Origin: Coriobacteriia bacterium
Lineage (GTDB): Bacteria; Actinomycetota; Coriobacteriia; Anaerosomatales; SLCP01
Length of the DNA stretch: 64,000 bases
Reading direction: 5' to 3'
NCBI GenBank assembly: GCA_030603745.1
Contig: JAUVXE010000007.1
Location: 43,392 to 107,391 of the forward strand
The position numbers and the translations under genes were made by a program. The notes under the pieces were generated by a model, which worked only from the letters and a program-made list of their open reading frames with translations, ran no database searches and was not told the origin of the DNA. Of this stretch, positions 1-9,998 are shown piece after piece. Each line of letters begins with the position of its first letter. Position 1 is the stretch's first letter.

Positions 1-1022
1 CCCCGCTTCACCGCGGCGCCCGGCATCCCCCAGACCACCGAGGTCTCCTCGTTCTGCGCGATCGTCGCCCCGCCGGCGGCGCGCACGGCGTCGAGGCCGG
101 CGGCGCCGTCGGTGCCCATCCCGGTGAGCACCACGCCCACCGCCCGCTCGCCGAACACCTCGGCGACGCTCTCGAACAGGGGGTCGGCCGCGGGCCGCAC
201 TCCGTGGATCGCGGACGTTTCGCGATCGAGGCGCAGGACCGGGCGACCGGCCTCGAGGCGGACCCGGAGGTGCGCCCCGTACGGCGCGAGGTACGCTCGC
301 CCGGGCTCGAGCGCCGTCCCGTCGGCGGCGATCTCGACCGGGACCCTGCCCACCGCTGCCAGCCGCCGCGCCAACGAGGTCGCGAAGCCGTCGGGCAGGT
401 GCTGGACGACGAGGTAGGCGACCGACTGCGCGGGGTCGATCCCGGCGAACACGCGCTCGAGCGCGGGCGGACCACCGGTGCTCGACGCGATGGCGACGAC
501 CGCCGAGACCGCGCCGCGCGTGTCCGCCGGTGCGGGCGGTGCCGGCTCCGCGGGAGCCTCGGACGCCACGGAGGCGGCCTCGGCATCGGCAGGAGGCGCC
601 TCGGCGTCACGCACGGTGCGCGGCGTGGCCCGGTAGGCGGTCTTGATCGTCTTGAGCAGCTGATCGGAGAGCTCGCCGATCGAGGTGGCGAACCCGCTGC
701 GGGGCTTCGGGATGAAGTCGACCGCGCCGAGGGAGAGCGCCTGGTAGGTGGTCTCCGGGTCGTCGAGCGAGCTCAGCATGACCACCCGCGCCGATGAGTA
801 GCGCGGGAGCTGCTCGAGCGCCTCGAGGCCGGTGAGCTCGGGCATCTCGATATCGAGCGTGATCACGTCGGGGTCGAGCCGCTTCGCCTGTTCGATCGCC
901 TCGACGCCGTTCTTGGCCACCCCCACGATCTCGATGCGCGGGTCGAGCGCGAGCGCCCGCGAGAGGATCTGCCGGATCAGCGCGGAGTCATCGACGATGA
1001 GTACGTTGATGGTGGATCGCAT
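1..1022 (-). CDS. cheB: Chemotaxis protein-glutamate methylesterase CheB (REC + methylesterase); 3' end runs off the window
   Basis: Absent from the ORF track because there is no in-window stop. Hand translation from ATG at 1022..1020 gives [39 protein letters not shown] (REC domain). At the window edge it reads ...[45 protein letters not shown] (CheB catalytic domain). It starts 12 nt after the cheY stop. Confidence 0.9.
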   Translation of the reverse strand, partial: [340 protein letters not shown]

Positions 1023-1034
1023 CTCACCGCTCTG

Positions 1035-1403
1035 TCACGAGTGGGCCTGCAGGCACTTCTTCACCGTCTCGAGCACCTTGGTCGGCTGGAACGGCTTGAC
1101 GAGAAAGTCCATCGCGCCGGCCTCGAGGGCCTCGACGATCATCCTCTGCTGGCCCATCGCACTCACCATGAGGACACGCGCGGCGGGATCGGCCGAGCGG
1201 ATCGCCCGCAACGCCTCGATGCCGCCCATCTCGGGCATCGTGATGTCCATCGTGACCAGGTCGGGGGAGACCTCGGCGTACTTCTCGACCGCGTCCCGCC
1301 CGTTGACCGCCTCGTGGATCACGTAGCCCTCCTTCGCGAGGATGTCCCGGATCATCATCCGCATGAACGCCGCGTCATCCACCACGAGGATCGTCTTCGA
1401 CAT
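1035..1403 (-). CDS. cheY: Chemotaxis response regulator CheY
   Basis: 122-aa single REC domain (ILVVDDAAFMR, DITMPEMGG, MVSAMG, KPF), located inside the che operon. Confidence 0.9.
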   Translation of the reverse strand: MSKTILVVDDAAFMRMMIRDILAKEGYVIHEAVNGRDAVEKYAEVSPDLVTMDITMPEMGGIEALRAIRSADPAARVLMVSAMGQQRMIVEALEAGAMDFLVKPFQPTKVLETVKKCLQAHS

Positions 1404-1407
1404 CTGT

Positions 1408-1896
1408 TCAGTCCTCTCCGATGCCCACGTCGCCTCCGACGTGGGCGTACTCGCTGCCGGGAACGGCGGCGTCCAACTCCAGCAGGATCACCAGGCGCCC
1501 GTCGAGCTCGGCGACACCGGCGAGCATCGCCGCGCTCTCCTGGGTCACCGCCCCCTCGGGCGCCGGCTTGAGCGCGTCGTCGGGGATCGTGATCACCTCG
1601 CTCGCGGCGTCGACCGCGAGCCCGAGCATGCCCCCCGCTCCCTCGGCGACCACGATGCGCGCGGTCGGGCCGGGCACGAACGTCCCGAGCCGAAGCCGGT
1701 GCATGAGGTCGAGGACGGGCACGACCTTACCGCGCAGGTTCACGACGCCCTTGACCGCCTCGGGCGCGCGCGGCACGGGCGTGGGCTCCTCGTAGCGGAT
1801 GATGCTGCGCACCCGCTCGATCGACACCCCGTACTCCTCGTCGCCGAGCCGGAAGAGCACGAACGCCGATCCGCGCACGTCATTCGAGGCGCTCAT
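1408..1896 (-). CDS. cheW: Chemotaxis coupling protein CheW
   Basis: Uses the internal ATG at 1896 of track ORF 1408..2295. The 162-aa product carries a CheW-like signature: [21 protein letters not shown]...[17 protein letters not shown]. The upstream 133 codons of the ORF are Arg/Pro/Ser-rich GC artefact. It overlaps the mcp stop by 17 nt. Confidence 0.85.
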   Translation of the reverse strand: MSASNDVRGSAFVLFRLGDEEYGVSIERVRSIIRYEEPTPVPRAPEAVKGVVNLRGKVVPVLDLMHRLRLGTFVPGPTARIVVAEGAGGMLGLAVDAASEVITIPDDALKPAPEGAVTQESAAMLAGVAELDGRLVILLELDAAVPGSEYAHVGGDVGIGED

Positions 1897-3223
1897 CGGC
1901 GGGCCCCCGGTCGATCCTGAAGGTGCGCACCGACTCCTCGAGCCGCTCGGCCATGTCCGAGAGCTCCTGAGCCGAGGCGGAGACCTCCTCCATGCACGCG
2001 GTCTGCTCCTCGGCGGCGGCGGCGGTCTCCTCGGCGGAGGCGGCGTTCTGCTCGACCACCGCCGCGATGTCGTGCATCGCCTTGTCGACCACGCTCGTCC
2101 GCTGCGCCTGGACGCCCATCGCGTGGGAGATCTGCTCGGCGAGGACCGCGGTGCGCGAGACGGCGTCGGTGATGCGCCGGAGCGACTCTCCCGTCCTGCC
2201 GACGACCTCGCTCCCCTGCTCGACCTCGCGGGTGCCGATCTCCATGTAGTGGACGGCCTTGGCCGTCTCCTCCTGGACCTCCTTGATGAGGTCACCGATC
2301 TGCTCGGCGGCCTTGCCCGAGCCTTCGGCGAGCTTGCGGACCTCCTCGGCGACCACAGAGAAGCCCCTGCCCGACTCGCCGGCGCGCGCGGCCTCGATCG
2401 CCGCGTTGAGCGAGAGCAGGTTCGTCTGGTCCGCGATGGTCGTGATGACGTCGACGATGGAGCCGATCTGGTCGCTGCGCTTGCCGAGGAGCTCGACCGA
2501 CTCCGCGAGCGTCTCGATGGCCTGCTGGACCTCGGCGATCTTCATGATCGCCTGCGTGGTGGTCTCCTCGCCCTGGGCCGCCATGCGCGCGGCCTCCTCG
2601 CTCGTGTCCGCAGCCTCCTTGGCCTGGCCGAGAACGTCGGTGGTGGTGGTGTGGATCGCGTCGATGGAGTTCGTGGTCTCCTCCACCTTGCGCGACTGCA
2701 GCTCGGCCCCGTGGGCGATCTGCTGGACCGAGGAGGAGATCTCCACGGTCGAGGAGGAGATCTCCTGCGACGAGGCCGAGAGCTGAGCGGCCGCCGCCGA
2801 GACGGACTCAGCCGAGCGGCGCACCCCCGAGGCGATCCCCGCGAGCGAGGACACGAGGGAGTTGCACTCCTCGGCGAGCAGGCCGATCTCGTCGGCGCGG
2901 ACGACCTCTGCCCTGACGGTGAGGTCGCCCTTGCCCGCCTGCACCATCGTGCCGCCGAGCCAGCGCAGCGGCCTGAGGATGCGCTGCTTGAACTGCCAGC
3001 GCCAGAGGAGCTGGCCGGGGATGGCCATGACGCCCATCGCGACCGCGCCGAAGAGGATGACCGGCACCATCTGAGCGACGCTCAGTTCGAGGAAGTAGAA
3101 CGCGAACACCGCGGTCGCGCCGAGGCCGAGTGCCACGGCGGGCGCGATGGTGACCCATGTCAGCACCGTGAACGTGAACGCCAGTCCACCCCGGATGCTG
3201 CTGCTGCGGTGCTCCTGCTCCAT
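1880..3223 (-). CDS. Methyl-accepting chemotaxis protein (two TM helices, HAMP, no obvious extracytoplasmic sensor domain)
   Basis: 447 aa. It contains the conserved MCP signalling hairpin [42 protein letters not shown]-like segment follows the two N-terminal hydrophobic helices. An AAGGAGG RBS precedes ATG 3223. Confidence 0.9.
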   Translation of the reverse strand: MEQEHRSSSIRGGLAFTFTVLTWVTIAPAVALGLGATAVFAFYFLELSVAQMVPVILFGAVAMGVMAIPGQLLWRWQFKQRILRPLRWLGGTMVQAGKGDLTVRAEVVRADEIGLLAEECNSLVSSLAGIASGVRRSAESVSAAAAQLSASSQEISSSTVEISSSVQQIAHGAELQSRKVEETTNSIDAIHTTTTDVLGQAKEAADTSEEAARMAAQGEETTTQAIMKIAEVQQAIETLAESVELLGKRSDQIGSIVDVITTIADQTNLLSLNAAIEAARAGESGRGFSVVAEEVRKLAEGSGKAAEQIGDLIKEVQEETAKAVHYMEIGTREVEQGSEVVGRTGESLRRITDAVSRTAVLAEQISHAMGVQAQRTSVVDKAMHDIAAVVEQNAASAEETAAAAEEQTACMEEVSASAQELSDMAERLEESVRTFRIDRGPADERLE

Positions 3224-3279
3224 CGGATCCTCCTTGATCGACGCATGTCACCGGTCACACGCCGCCCCCGTGGAGCGGA

Positions 3280-4137
3280 TCACAGCCCTTTCGGCTTGCG
3301 ATAGATCCGCTCCCGCCCGCTCACCAGTTCGAACCGCTTGGCCATCGCGGGTGCGAGCTTCTCGCTTCGGCCGAGCACCAGATACCCCCCGCGCACGATC
3401 GCCGACCAGAACGCCTCCAGCGCCGCCTCCTGCTGCTCCCTGTTGAAGTAGATGAATACGTTGCGGCAGAACACCATGTCGACGACGGAGAGTGGCCGGT
3501 CCGAGAAGAGGTCGAGCTTCCTGAACTTCACGAGCCGTGTGATCTCCGGGCGTATACGGAACACATCGGCATCTACCTCAACGTATTTTAGCCGAAGGGC
3601 CTCGGGGATGCTGCCGAGGCGCTCGATCGGGTAGGTGGCCTCGCGCGCCTTGCGAAGCGCCCCTTCGTCGAGGTCGGTCGCGAGCACGCTCACCCGCATA
3701 TGCCGGGCGTCGTCACCGAGGGCCTCCAGGAGAGCCATCGCGATCGAGTATGGCTCCTCGCCGGTCGCGCACCCCGCGGACCACACGCGGATCATCCGCT
3801 GGCGGGCGGCCAGCCGGCTCGCGACGAGCTCGGGCAGCACCTGCGAACGGATCAGGTCGAAGACGGGCGCGTCGCGGAAGAACTCGGTGACATTGATGGT
3901 GAGCGTGTCGACGAGCTTGGCGTACTCCTCGGGGTGCGTCTCGATGTAGTCCGCGTACTGCCGGTACGAGTGCAGGCCGAGGGCGCGTAGCCGGGTGGCC
4001 ACCCTGCGCTCGACGTACTGCGGGCGGTATCGCGTCATGTCGACGACACCGTCCACGCAGATCCGCTGCAGCAGCCGGTCGAGACTGCCGCGGTAGACCC
4101 GCTCGACTTCCCCCCGCCCCACCACTGCGCCTCCCAC
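3280..4137 (-). CDS. cheR: Chemotaxis protein methyltransferase CheR
   Basis: CheR motifs are present: LTINVTEFFRD, RVWSAGCATGEEPYSIAM, VFCRNVFIYF. The track ORF extends to 4263 but would then overlap the divergent ldt gene. GTG at 4137, preceded by GGAG, is my preferred start and is uncertain. Confidence 0.8.
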   Translation of the reverse strand: MGGAVVGRGEVERVYRGSLDRLLQRICVDGVVDMTRYRPQYVERRVATRLRALGLHSYRQYADYIETHPEEYAKLVDTLTINVTEFFRDAPVFDLIRSQVLPELVASRLAARQRMIRVWSAGCATGEEPYSIAMALLEALGDDARHMRVSVLATDLDEGALRKAREATYPIERLGSIPEALRLKYVEVDADVFRIRPEITRLVKFRKLDLFSDRPLSVVDMVFCRNVFIYFNREQQEAALEAFWSAIVRGGYLVLGRSEKLAPAMAKRFELVSGRERIYRKPKGL

Positions 4138-4204
4138 CTCGGTGTACTCCGGGTTGCACCGCCATTGTAGAATACCGGGATGACGTCGGCCTGAGAGGTT
4201 TGGT

Positions 4205-5248
4205 GTGATGAGCGTCCGTTCCGCGTTCACGAAGGTGACCGTCTGCTTCCTGTCGCTCGTCATGATCGGGGCGTCGGGCGGGCTCGCGCTCGCGGCGGCC
4301 GCGGACTACGCGAGCCGTGACGAGGCGCCCGCGGGCGTGTCCGTCGCGGGGGTCGAGGTAGGCGGCCTCACGCGTTCCGAGGTCCGCCTCGCGATCGAGC
4401 GTGCCACCGTCGAGCCCCTCTCCCAGCCGCTCACCGTGACCGCCGACGGCGACCGGTACGAGATCGACCCTGCCGACTACGTCACCGTCGACATCGAGTC
4501 GGCACTGGCGCGCGTCTACGAGCCGCGCACCGGCTCCACCCTCGCAGCACGCGCGCTGCGCCTCGCCACGGGCGATGTCGTCGACCACGTGGTCGAGCCC
4601 GAGGTCACCGTCGACACCGCGGCGCTCGCCGAGGCGGTCGCCGGGTTCGCGAGCGACGTCGACTCGGAGCCGGTCGACGCGGCCGTCGGGGTCATCGACG
4701 GCGAGTTCCGGCTGACCGAGCCCGTCGAGGGTCGCCGTCTCGCCAGGGAGGCCGCGGTCTCCTCGCTCGAGGCGGCTTTGCTCGCCGGGGATCCCGCGGT
4801 CGACCTCGCCGTCGAGCCGGTCGAGCCTGCCGTGGCCGCCGAAGACCTCGGCGCCACGATCGTGGTCCGCCTCGCCTCGCGCACCCTCGAGCTCTACGAC
4901 GGGGCGACCATCGACCGAACCTACCGGGTGGCCGTCGGCAAGCCCGGCCACGGCACGCCGAGGGGGAGCTGGAAGATCGTCGCGAAGCGCTACCTCCCCA
5001 CCTGGGGCAACCCCGGGAGCGCCTGGGCCGTGAACATGCCGCGCAGCATCCCGCCCGGGCCGAACAACCCCCTCGGCACGCGTGCGATGAACCTGAACGT
5101 GTCGGGCATCCGGATCCACGGCACGTCGGACGTGGGCTCGATCGGGACCGCGGCGAGCCACGGGTGCGTGCGCATGGTCCGCCGTGACGTCGAGGAGCTC
5201 TACGACCTCGTCGAGGTGGGGACGCCGGTCTTCATCGTGACCCGCTAG
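4205..5248 (+). CDS. L,D-transpeptidase (YkuD domain) with N-terminal membrane anchor
   Basis: 347 aa with an N-terminal hydrophobic segment (VCFLSLVMIGASGGLALAAAA). The C-terminal YkuD catalytic motif is IRIHGTSDVGSIGTAASHGCVRM. Confidence 0.85.
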   Translation: MMSVRSAFTKVTVCFLSLVMIGASGGLALAAAADYASRDEAPAGVSVAGVEVGGLTRSEVRLAIERATVEPLSQPLTVTADGDRYEIDPADYVTVDIESALARVYEPRTGSTLAARALRLATGDVVDHVVEPEVTVDTAALAEAVAGFASDVDSEPVDAAVGVIDGEFRLTEPVEGRRLAREAAVSSLEAALLAGDPAVDLAVEPVEPAVAAEDLGATIVVRLASRTLELYDGATIDRTYRVAVGKPGHGTPRGSWKIVAKRYLPTWGNPGSAWAVNMPRSIPPGPNNPLGTRAMNLNVSGIRIHGTSDVGSIGTAASHGCVRMVRRDVEELYDLVEVGTPVFIVTR

Positions 5249-5264
5249 CCGGACGGTCGGCCGT

Positions 5265-8200
5265 CTACCGCTCGTAGGTCCGTGGCGCCGCGTGGCAGCC
5301 GGCGGCCGCACATGAACCGCCGGTGGCGGCGTGCGCGTACCCGAGCCCCCCGCGGATCAGGTGGTACTCCGTGGGGCTCCCGTGACTCACGTGGCACGCC
5401 TCGCACCCGATCCCGAGCCCCGACGCGCCCCCGCCGTGCAGCTCGTGCAGCTCACCGGCCACCTGGTCGCGGAACCCGCTTCCAGCCACGCCTTCACGGT
5501 AGACGTCGCGACGGTGGCAGTCGTAACAGAGCAGCGCGTCCTCGGCGGGGCGCGTCGCGAGGAAGCCCCCGCGCAGCAGCGGCGCGGCGGGGCTGACGTG
5601 CGGACCGGCGGCCTCGGTAGGCGCGGCGGCGTTGCCGTGGCAGTCGACGCAGTAGAGCACCGAGTCGACGCTCCAGCCCGCCTCGAAGGTGACCGGCGCG
5701 TTCTCGGCGGTCGCCGAGGGGCCGAACGTGGCATGGACGGAGAGGTTGCCCTCGTCGACCTCGGCGGCGATGTCGCGCGGCGAGCCGCCCCACCCTGCCG
5801 AGGCGTGGCACTTGAAGCAGAGCTGGTACTCGTGGTCGATGCCCTCCACGAGCTGGTCGGTCGCGCTGACGCCCCAGGTGCCGGCGATCAGGCCGTAGGC
5901 CGCCGGCGCGCTCGCGGCATCAGCGGTCATCGCGTGCACGTTGTGGCAGTCGACGCACTCGGCGTGGCGAGCGAACCCGGCCTCCTCGGCGGAGTCGTGG
6001 GCACCGGGGATCGCGCTCGCCGGGTGGCGGCTGCGGCCCACGGCCCCGAGGTCCGCCACCGCGAGCGCGGGCGTGCCGCCCGCCATCTCGGTCCCTCCCG
6101 CCCAGCGGGTATCCACGATCTCGAGCGCGGTCGACGAGCCGTCGATCGCGAGCACGTGCACCGCCGGGGTCACGGACTGCCCGGCGACCTCCGACAGCAC
6201 GCCGGCGCCCGCCGCGATCAGCTGGACGGTGCCGTCGCCGTTCACGTCGCCGACGGCGAGCGAGCTCGTCACCGCACGCGCGCCCGTGGGCACCGGGCTG
6301 CCGAACGCGACCCCGTCGGCCTCGAACACCACGACCCCGTTCTGGCCGGTCTCGCTGCGCATCGCCACGCCGATCCCGGTCGAACCGCCGGGCAGGAACG
6401 CGCCGACCGCGGTGTCCCATGCCGAGGAGCCTCCGGGCGTGAGCGTGGCATCGATGGACGCGAGCTCGCTGCCCGCGGCGCTGATGATCGAGACGGTCCC
6501 GGTGGTCTCGCCGGAGTTCGCGTAGACGATCTCGTTGGCCGCCGGGGTCGCGGACCAGACGTTGCCCACCGAGGGGCCCCTCGGGGCACGGCCGGTGGCG
6601 TACGGGCCCTCGACCACGAGCTGGCCGGGCGTGACGCCCGACTCGCGGATCACGCGCACCTCGCCGGGCTGGGTCTCGTCGGCGGTGAGCGAGGTGACCA
6701 CCAGCGAGCGACGCGCGCCGCCGAGGTCACCCGCGGCGAGGCCCGAGGCGTTGAGGCCGACACCCACCGGCCCCGCGACGCGGTCGAACTTCTCAAGGAT
6801 GTCGTCGAAACGGTAGATGGTCAGGTGGCTCGCGCCGCTCCCCTCGGTGCTGACGACCGCCACCTCGACGGTGCCGCCGGCCGCGAAGTCGCCGACCGCG
6901 AGGACCGAGGCCGCCGCGGTCTCCTCGATGCTGTGAGCCGTGGTCGCCAGGCCGGCGAGGTCGTCGAAGCGCGCGACCCGAAGCAGGGGTGCCGCGGGGT
7001 CGGCGACGACGAGTTCGAGGGTGCCGAGACCGTCGATGTCACCTGCCGCGAGCGCGCCGGAACGATAGCCGGAGAGGTAGCGCCGGGGCCCTTCGAGAGC
7101 CCGGGGGGCGGCGGTCCCGCGCTCCTGCGTGTAGACGTGCAGGGCGCTGTAGGCGAGCGGCAGGCGCTCGGGGTCCCAGGAGACGAGAAGCTCCGCGCCC
7201 TCCTCGCCGGGCTCGTAGGGGCGCACGCCGATGGAGGCCATGTCGACCACGCCGTCCGATGCGGCGAGCGCGGGGTTGTGGCAGCCGTAGCAGAGCTCAC
7301 GGCCCTCGACCTCGGCGAGCTTGGGCACCAGGCCGCCGTCACCGTCGTCGACACCCATGGGGTTGTGGCAGTTCTGGCACTCGCCGGCGGCCCGCGTGGT
7401 CTCCTCGGAACCGGTCCACTCGGCGCTGACCGCGACGCTCACGCCCGAGAGGCCGTGGATCGAGTCCTCGTACGGGCCGTCGCCCCCATAGGTGACGAGC
7501 GCCTCCTCGTGGCAGCCGTAGCACAGCGTGCGCGGCGAGGCCGGGTCGACGGTCCAGGTCGCGGGAGCCGATGGGGGCAGGAGCTCGGCGCGGATGAGCG
7601 GCGCGATGTCCGAACCGTGGGATGCGTGGCAGGCCGAGCAGGTGATCTCCGTGCCCGACGCCGGGCTGGCGATCCGGTCCGCGTGCGCGGTCTGCGCGTA
7701 CACGTCGAGCCCGCCGAAGCGGTTGTCCTCGGCGGTGCGCGATTCGAAGTGGCAGGTAGCGCAGTACTCCTCGCCCTGATAGAACGCGGTGCCGTCCGAG
7801 GTGAACGCGCGGAGCAGGCGTGCGAAGGGCTGCTCGGTCACGGGGTCCTTCTCGGCGCCGTGCGCGTCGTGGCAGGAGCTGCACTGCTTGGGCGAGGGCC
7901 CGTAGGCCGAGGGATCGGGCGCCATCGAATGGACCGAGGAGCGCAGCAGCTCGCCCTGGACGTCGAGCACCGAGCCGAGGCCGTCGACCCCGTGGCAGGT
8001 CAGGCAGAGCGCCTGGTCACCGGTGTCGGACGGCTGCGCGACGATCAGCGCCGAACCGGTGGTCTCCCACGAGCCGGCCATCGGGTACGACACCACGCCG
8101 GGGGCCGTGTGGGTGCGGTGACACATCGCGCAGGCGTCGGGCCCGTCCTCGGGGCTGACGTGGGGCGCGTCCGAGGCGAGCGAGGCGGCGGGGGCGACGA

Positions 8201-8306
8201 GCAGCATGGCGAAGACGGCAGCGCCGAGAGCGACGCGCCATCGCACACCCCGATACCCCGTGCCGGTTCGTCCCGCGAGCGGGGACGCGACTCGACCCAA
8301 CGTCAT
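5265..8306 (-). CDS. Secreted 14-heme c-type cytochrome with central FG-GAP/VCBS-like beta-propeller insert
   Basis: By my count, 13 CxxCH motifs plus a C-terminal CAAAGCH (CX4CH). Eight lie N-terminal and six C-terminal of a roughly 400-aa heme-free region. That region carries repeated GD(I/F/L/V)xxxG...(V/L)V motifs: AAGDIDGLGTLELVVAD, VGDFAAGGTVEVAVVS, AAGDLGGARRSLVVTS, VGDVNGDGTVQLIAAG. A signal peptide is present (AVFAMLLVAPAASLA). ATG 8306 has a GGAAG RBS; the track start is TTG 8312. Confidence 0.85.
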   Translation of the reverse strand: MTLGRVASPLAGRTGTGYRGVRWRVALGAAVFAMLLVAPAASLASDAPHVSPEDGPDACAMCHRTHTAPGVVSYPMAGSWETTGSALIVAQPSDTGDQALCLTCHGVDGLGSVLDVQGELLRSSVHSMAPDPSAYGPSPKQCSSCHDAHGAEKDPVTEQPFARLLRAFTSDGTAFYQGEEYCATCHFESRTAEDNRFGGLDVYAQTAHADRIASPASGTEITCSACHASHGSDIAPLIRAELLPPSAPATWTVDPASPRTLCYGCHEEALVTYGGDGPYEDSIHGLSGVSVAVSAEWTGSEETTRAAGECQNCHNPMGVDDGDGGLVPKLAEVEGRELCYGCHNPALAASDGVVDMASIGVRPYEPGEEGAELLVSWDPERLPLAYSALHVYTQERGTAAPRALEGPRRYLSGYRSGALAAGDIDGLGTLELVVADPAAPLLRVARFDDLAGLATTAHSIEETAAASVLAVGDFAAGGTVEVAVVSTEGSGASHLTIYRFDDILEKFDRVAGPVGVGLNASGLAAGDLGGARRSLVVTSLTADETQPGEVRVIRESGVTPGQLVVEGPYATGRAPRGPSVGNVWSATPAANEIVYANSGETTGTVSIISAAGSELASIDATLTPGGSSAWDTAVGAFLPGGSTGIGVAMRSETGQNGVVVFEADGVAFGSPVPTGARAVTSSLAVGDVNGDGTVQLIAAGAGVLSEVAGQSVTPAVHVLAIDGSSTALEIVDTRWAGGTEMAGGTPALAVADLGAVGRSRHPASAIPGAHDSAEEAGFARHAECVDCHNVHAMTADAASAPAAYGLIAGTWGVSATDQLVEGIDHEYQLCFKCHASAGWGGSPRDIAAEVDEGNLSVHATFGPSATAENAPVTFEAGWSVDSVLYCVDCHGNAAAPTEAAGPHVSPAAPLLRGGFLATRPAEDALLCYDCHRRDVYREGVAGSGFRDQVAGELHELHGGGASGLGIGCEACHVSHGSPTEYHLIRGGLGYAHAATGGSCAAAGCHAAPRTYER

Positions 8307-8386
8307 ACGCAACTTCCGTCCCGGAATCGTCGTTCGGCGCGGGATAGCCGGTCCCTCCGCCGAGGACCCTCACGACAGTATACCGT

Positions 8387-9967
8387 TCACGTTCCCCGAG
8401 GGACAGGCGAATCCTGCCCGTCCTCACCGTCCCTGCCGCCCCGCGGGGGCCGTCTGCGCCCCTCCGTCTCGCCGGGGAGGAGGAACTCCTCGGCGAAGGA
8501 ACGGGCGTCGTAGACGTCGAGCCCGCGTGCCCTGCCGATGACCTGCAGAGTGGGGTCGCCCGTGAGGAGCGAGCGCGTCCGGAGCGCGAGCGTGAGCGTC
8601 TCCGCCTGGTCGGGATCGAGGCCGTAGGTGCGCCCCACGATCGAGACGTCCGGACGCGAGATCTCACGCTCCTCGAGCGGCGGCAGGCCGGGGAACGCCT
8701 CCGGCACCACCGCGGAGGCCGGAGCCGCGACGAGCCGGACCCTTCCCCACCGGGCGCGACGCCCGGCGAGAAGGTCGCGCAGCGCGGGCAGGGCCGGTCC
8801 GCTCACCGCGACGGTCACCGCCCGCAGGTCGAACAGGAGCAGCAGGGGCGCGCCGAACAGCAGGAACGCCGAGAGCGCGGCGAGCAGGCCCGGTCCTCCC
8901 GGCCACAGGGTCAGCATGCCCGCACGTGCGGCCCCGTCCCACTCCCACGCTTGCACGCGCGCGTTGCCGGTGTCCGCGATCCACGCGACGCCCCCGGCGA
9001 CCGCGACGTCGTTCGGGAAGGCGAGCTGCCCGGCCGCGCCCCCCGGCTCGCCGAGGCGCGCGACCTCGCTCCCGCTCTCGGAGACGAGCACGACCTGGTG
9101 CGAGAAGGCATCGGCGAGCGCGAAGTAGACCGGGGCGCCGGGCTCGGCCATCACCACGTCGAAGCCGCGCACGAGCCGGCCGAGCGGCAGCGAGCGCACC
9201 TGCTCGCCCTCGCCGTCGAACTCCACGAGCCGGCGGTTGTTGCTGTCCGCGATCCACACGCGCCCGCCGAGCGCCTTGACCGCGTTGGGATAGTCGAACC
9301 CGTCACCGGCGTCGGGGGCGCCGGTCTCCTCGGCGGAGCGCGGCAGCACGCCGAGGACCTCGCCGTCGCGGGCCAGGTGCCAGACCCGGTGCGGGCCGGA
9401 GACGTCGGTGACGTAGAGCGTGCCGTCGTCGGCGACATCGACCGCGAGCGGCGCCCAGAGGGGGTCGGGCACCGGCGTGGTCTCGAGCGAGGGGGTGATC
9501 GTCTCGACGAACGAGCCGGTCGCCAGGTCGAACGCGAGCACCGCCGAGAGCGCGCGGTCGGTCACGTAGAGCTCGCCGACCCGCTCGTTGGCGGCGAGGT
9601 AGAGCGGCACCTCGAGCTCCGTCTCGCCGAGGGGCTCCTCGGCGGCGCCGTCGATCCGGAACACGGCGACCAGCCCCGCGAGGGAGTCGCCAACGTAGAC
9701 GCGGTCGTCGGCGACGGTCACGGAGAGCGGGCGCAGCAGTGCCGGGTCGCCCGTCCGCGGGAGAGAGAACGCGTAGGCGGGCGGCGTGGGCCGTCCGGCG
9801 GCGTCGGGGCGCGGCGTGATCGGTCCGCCGAGGGCGCGGAGCACATCGGGGACGAGCCCCGCCAGGCCGAGGAGTGCGAGCAGGACGACGGCGATATGGC
9901 GCGCCTGCCGTCTGCGCCGGTATGCGCGCACGGTTCGCGTGCTCGGACGATCGCTGCGCTTCGGCAC
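8387..9967 (-). CDS. Membrane-spanning NHL-repeat beta-propeller protein with conserved cytoplasmic C-terminal domain (paralog 1)
   Basis: 526 aa. The order is an N-terminal TM (IAVVLLALLGLAGLV), then NHL-like blades (VYVGDSLAGLVAVF, LYVTDRALSAVLAF, LYVTDVSGPHRVWHL, VWIADSNNRRLVEF, AWIADTGNARVQAW). A second TM follows (LLAALSAFLLFGAPLLLLF), then a roughly 150-aa C-terminal domain shared with the 18695..20239 protein. Confidence 0.8.
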   Translation of the reverse strand: MPKRSDRPSTRTVRAYRRRRQARHIAVVLLALLGLAGLVPDVLRALGGPITPRPDAAGRPTPPAYAFSLPRTGDPALLRPLSVTVADDRVYVGDSLAGLVAVFRIDGAAEEPLGETELEVPLYLAANERVGELYVTDRALSAVLAFDLATGSFVETITPSLETTPVPDPLWAPLAVDVADDGTLYVTDVSGPHRVWHLARDGEVLGVLPRSAEETGAPDAGDGFDYPNAVKALGGRVWIADSNNRRLVEFDGEGEQVRSLPLGRLVRGFDVVMAEPGAPVYFALADAFSHQVVLVSESGSEVARLGEPGGAAGQLAFPNDVAVAGGVAWIADTGNARVQAWEWDGAARAGMLTLWPGGPGLLAALSAFLLFGAPLLLLFDLRAVTVAVSGPALPALRDLLAGRRARWGRVRLVAAPASAVVPEAFPGLPPLEEREISRPDVSIVGRTYGLDPDQAETLTLALRTRSLLTGDPTLQVIGRARGLDVYDARSFAEEFLLPGETEGRRRPPRGGRDGEDGQDSPVPRGT

Positions 9968-9998
9968 TCGCTCCCCCTCAGGCGACTGCGCGGGAGGG

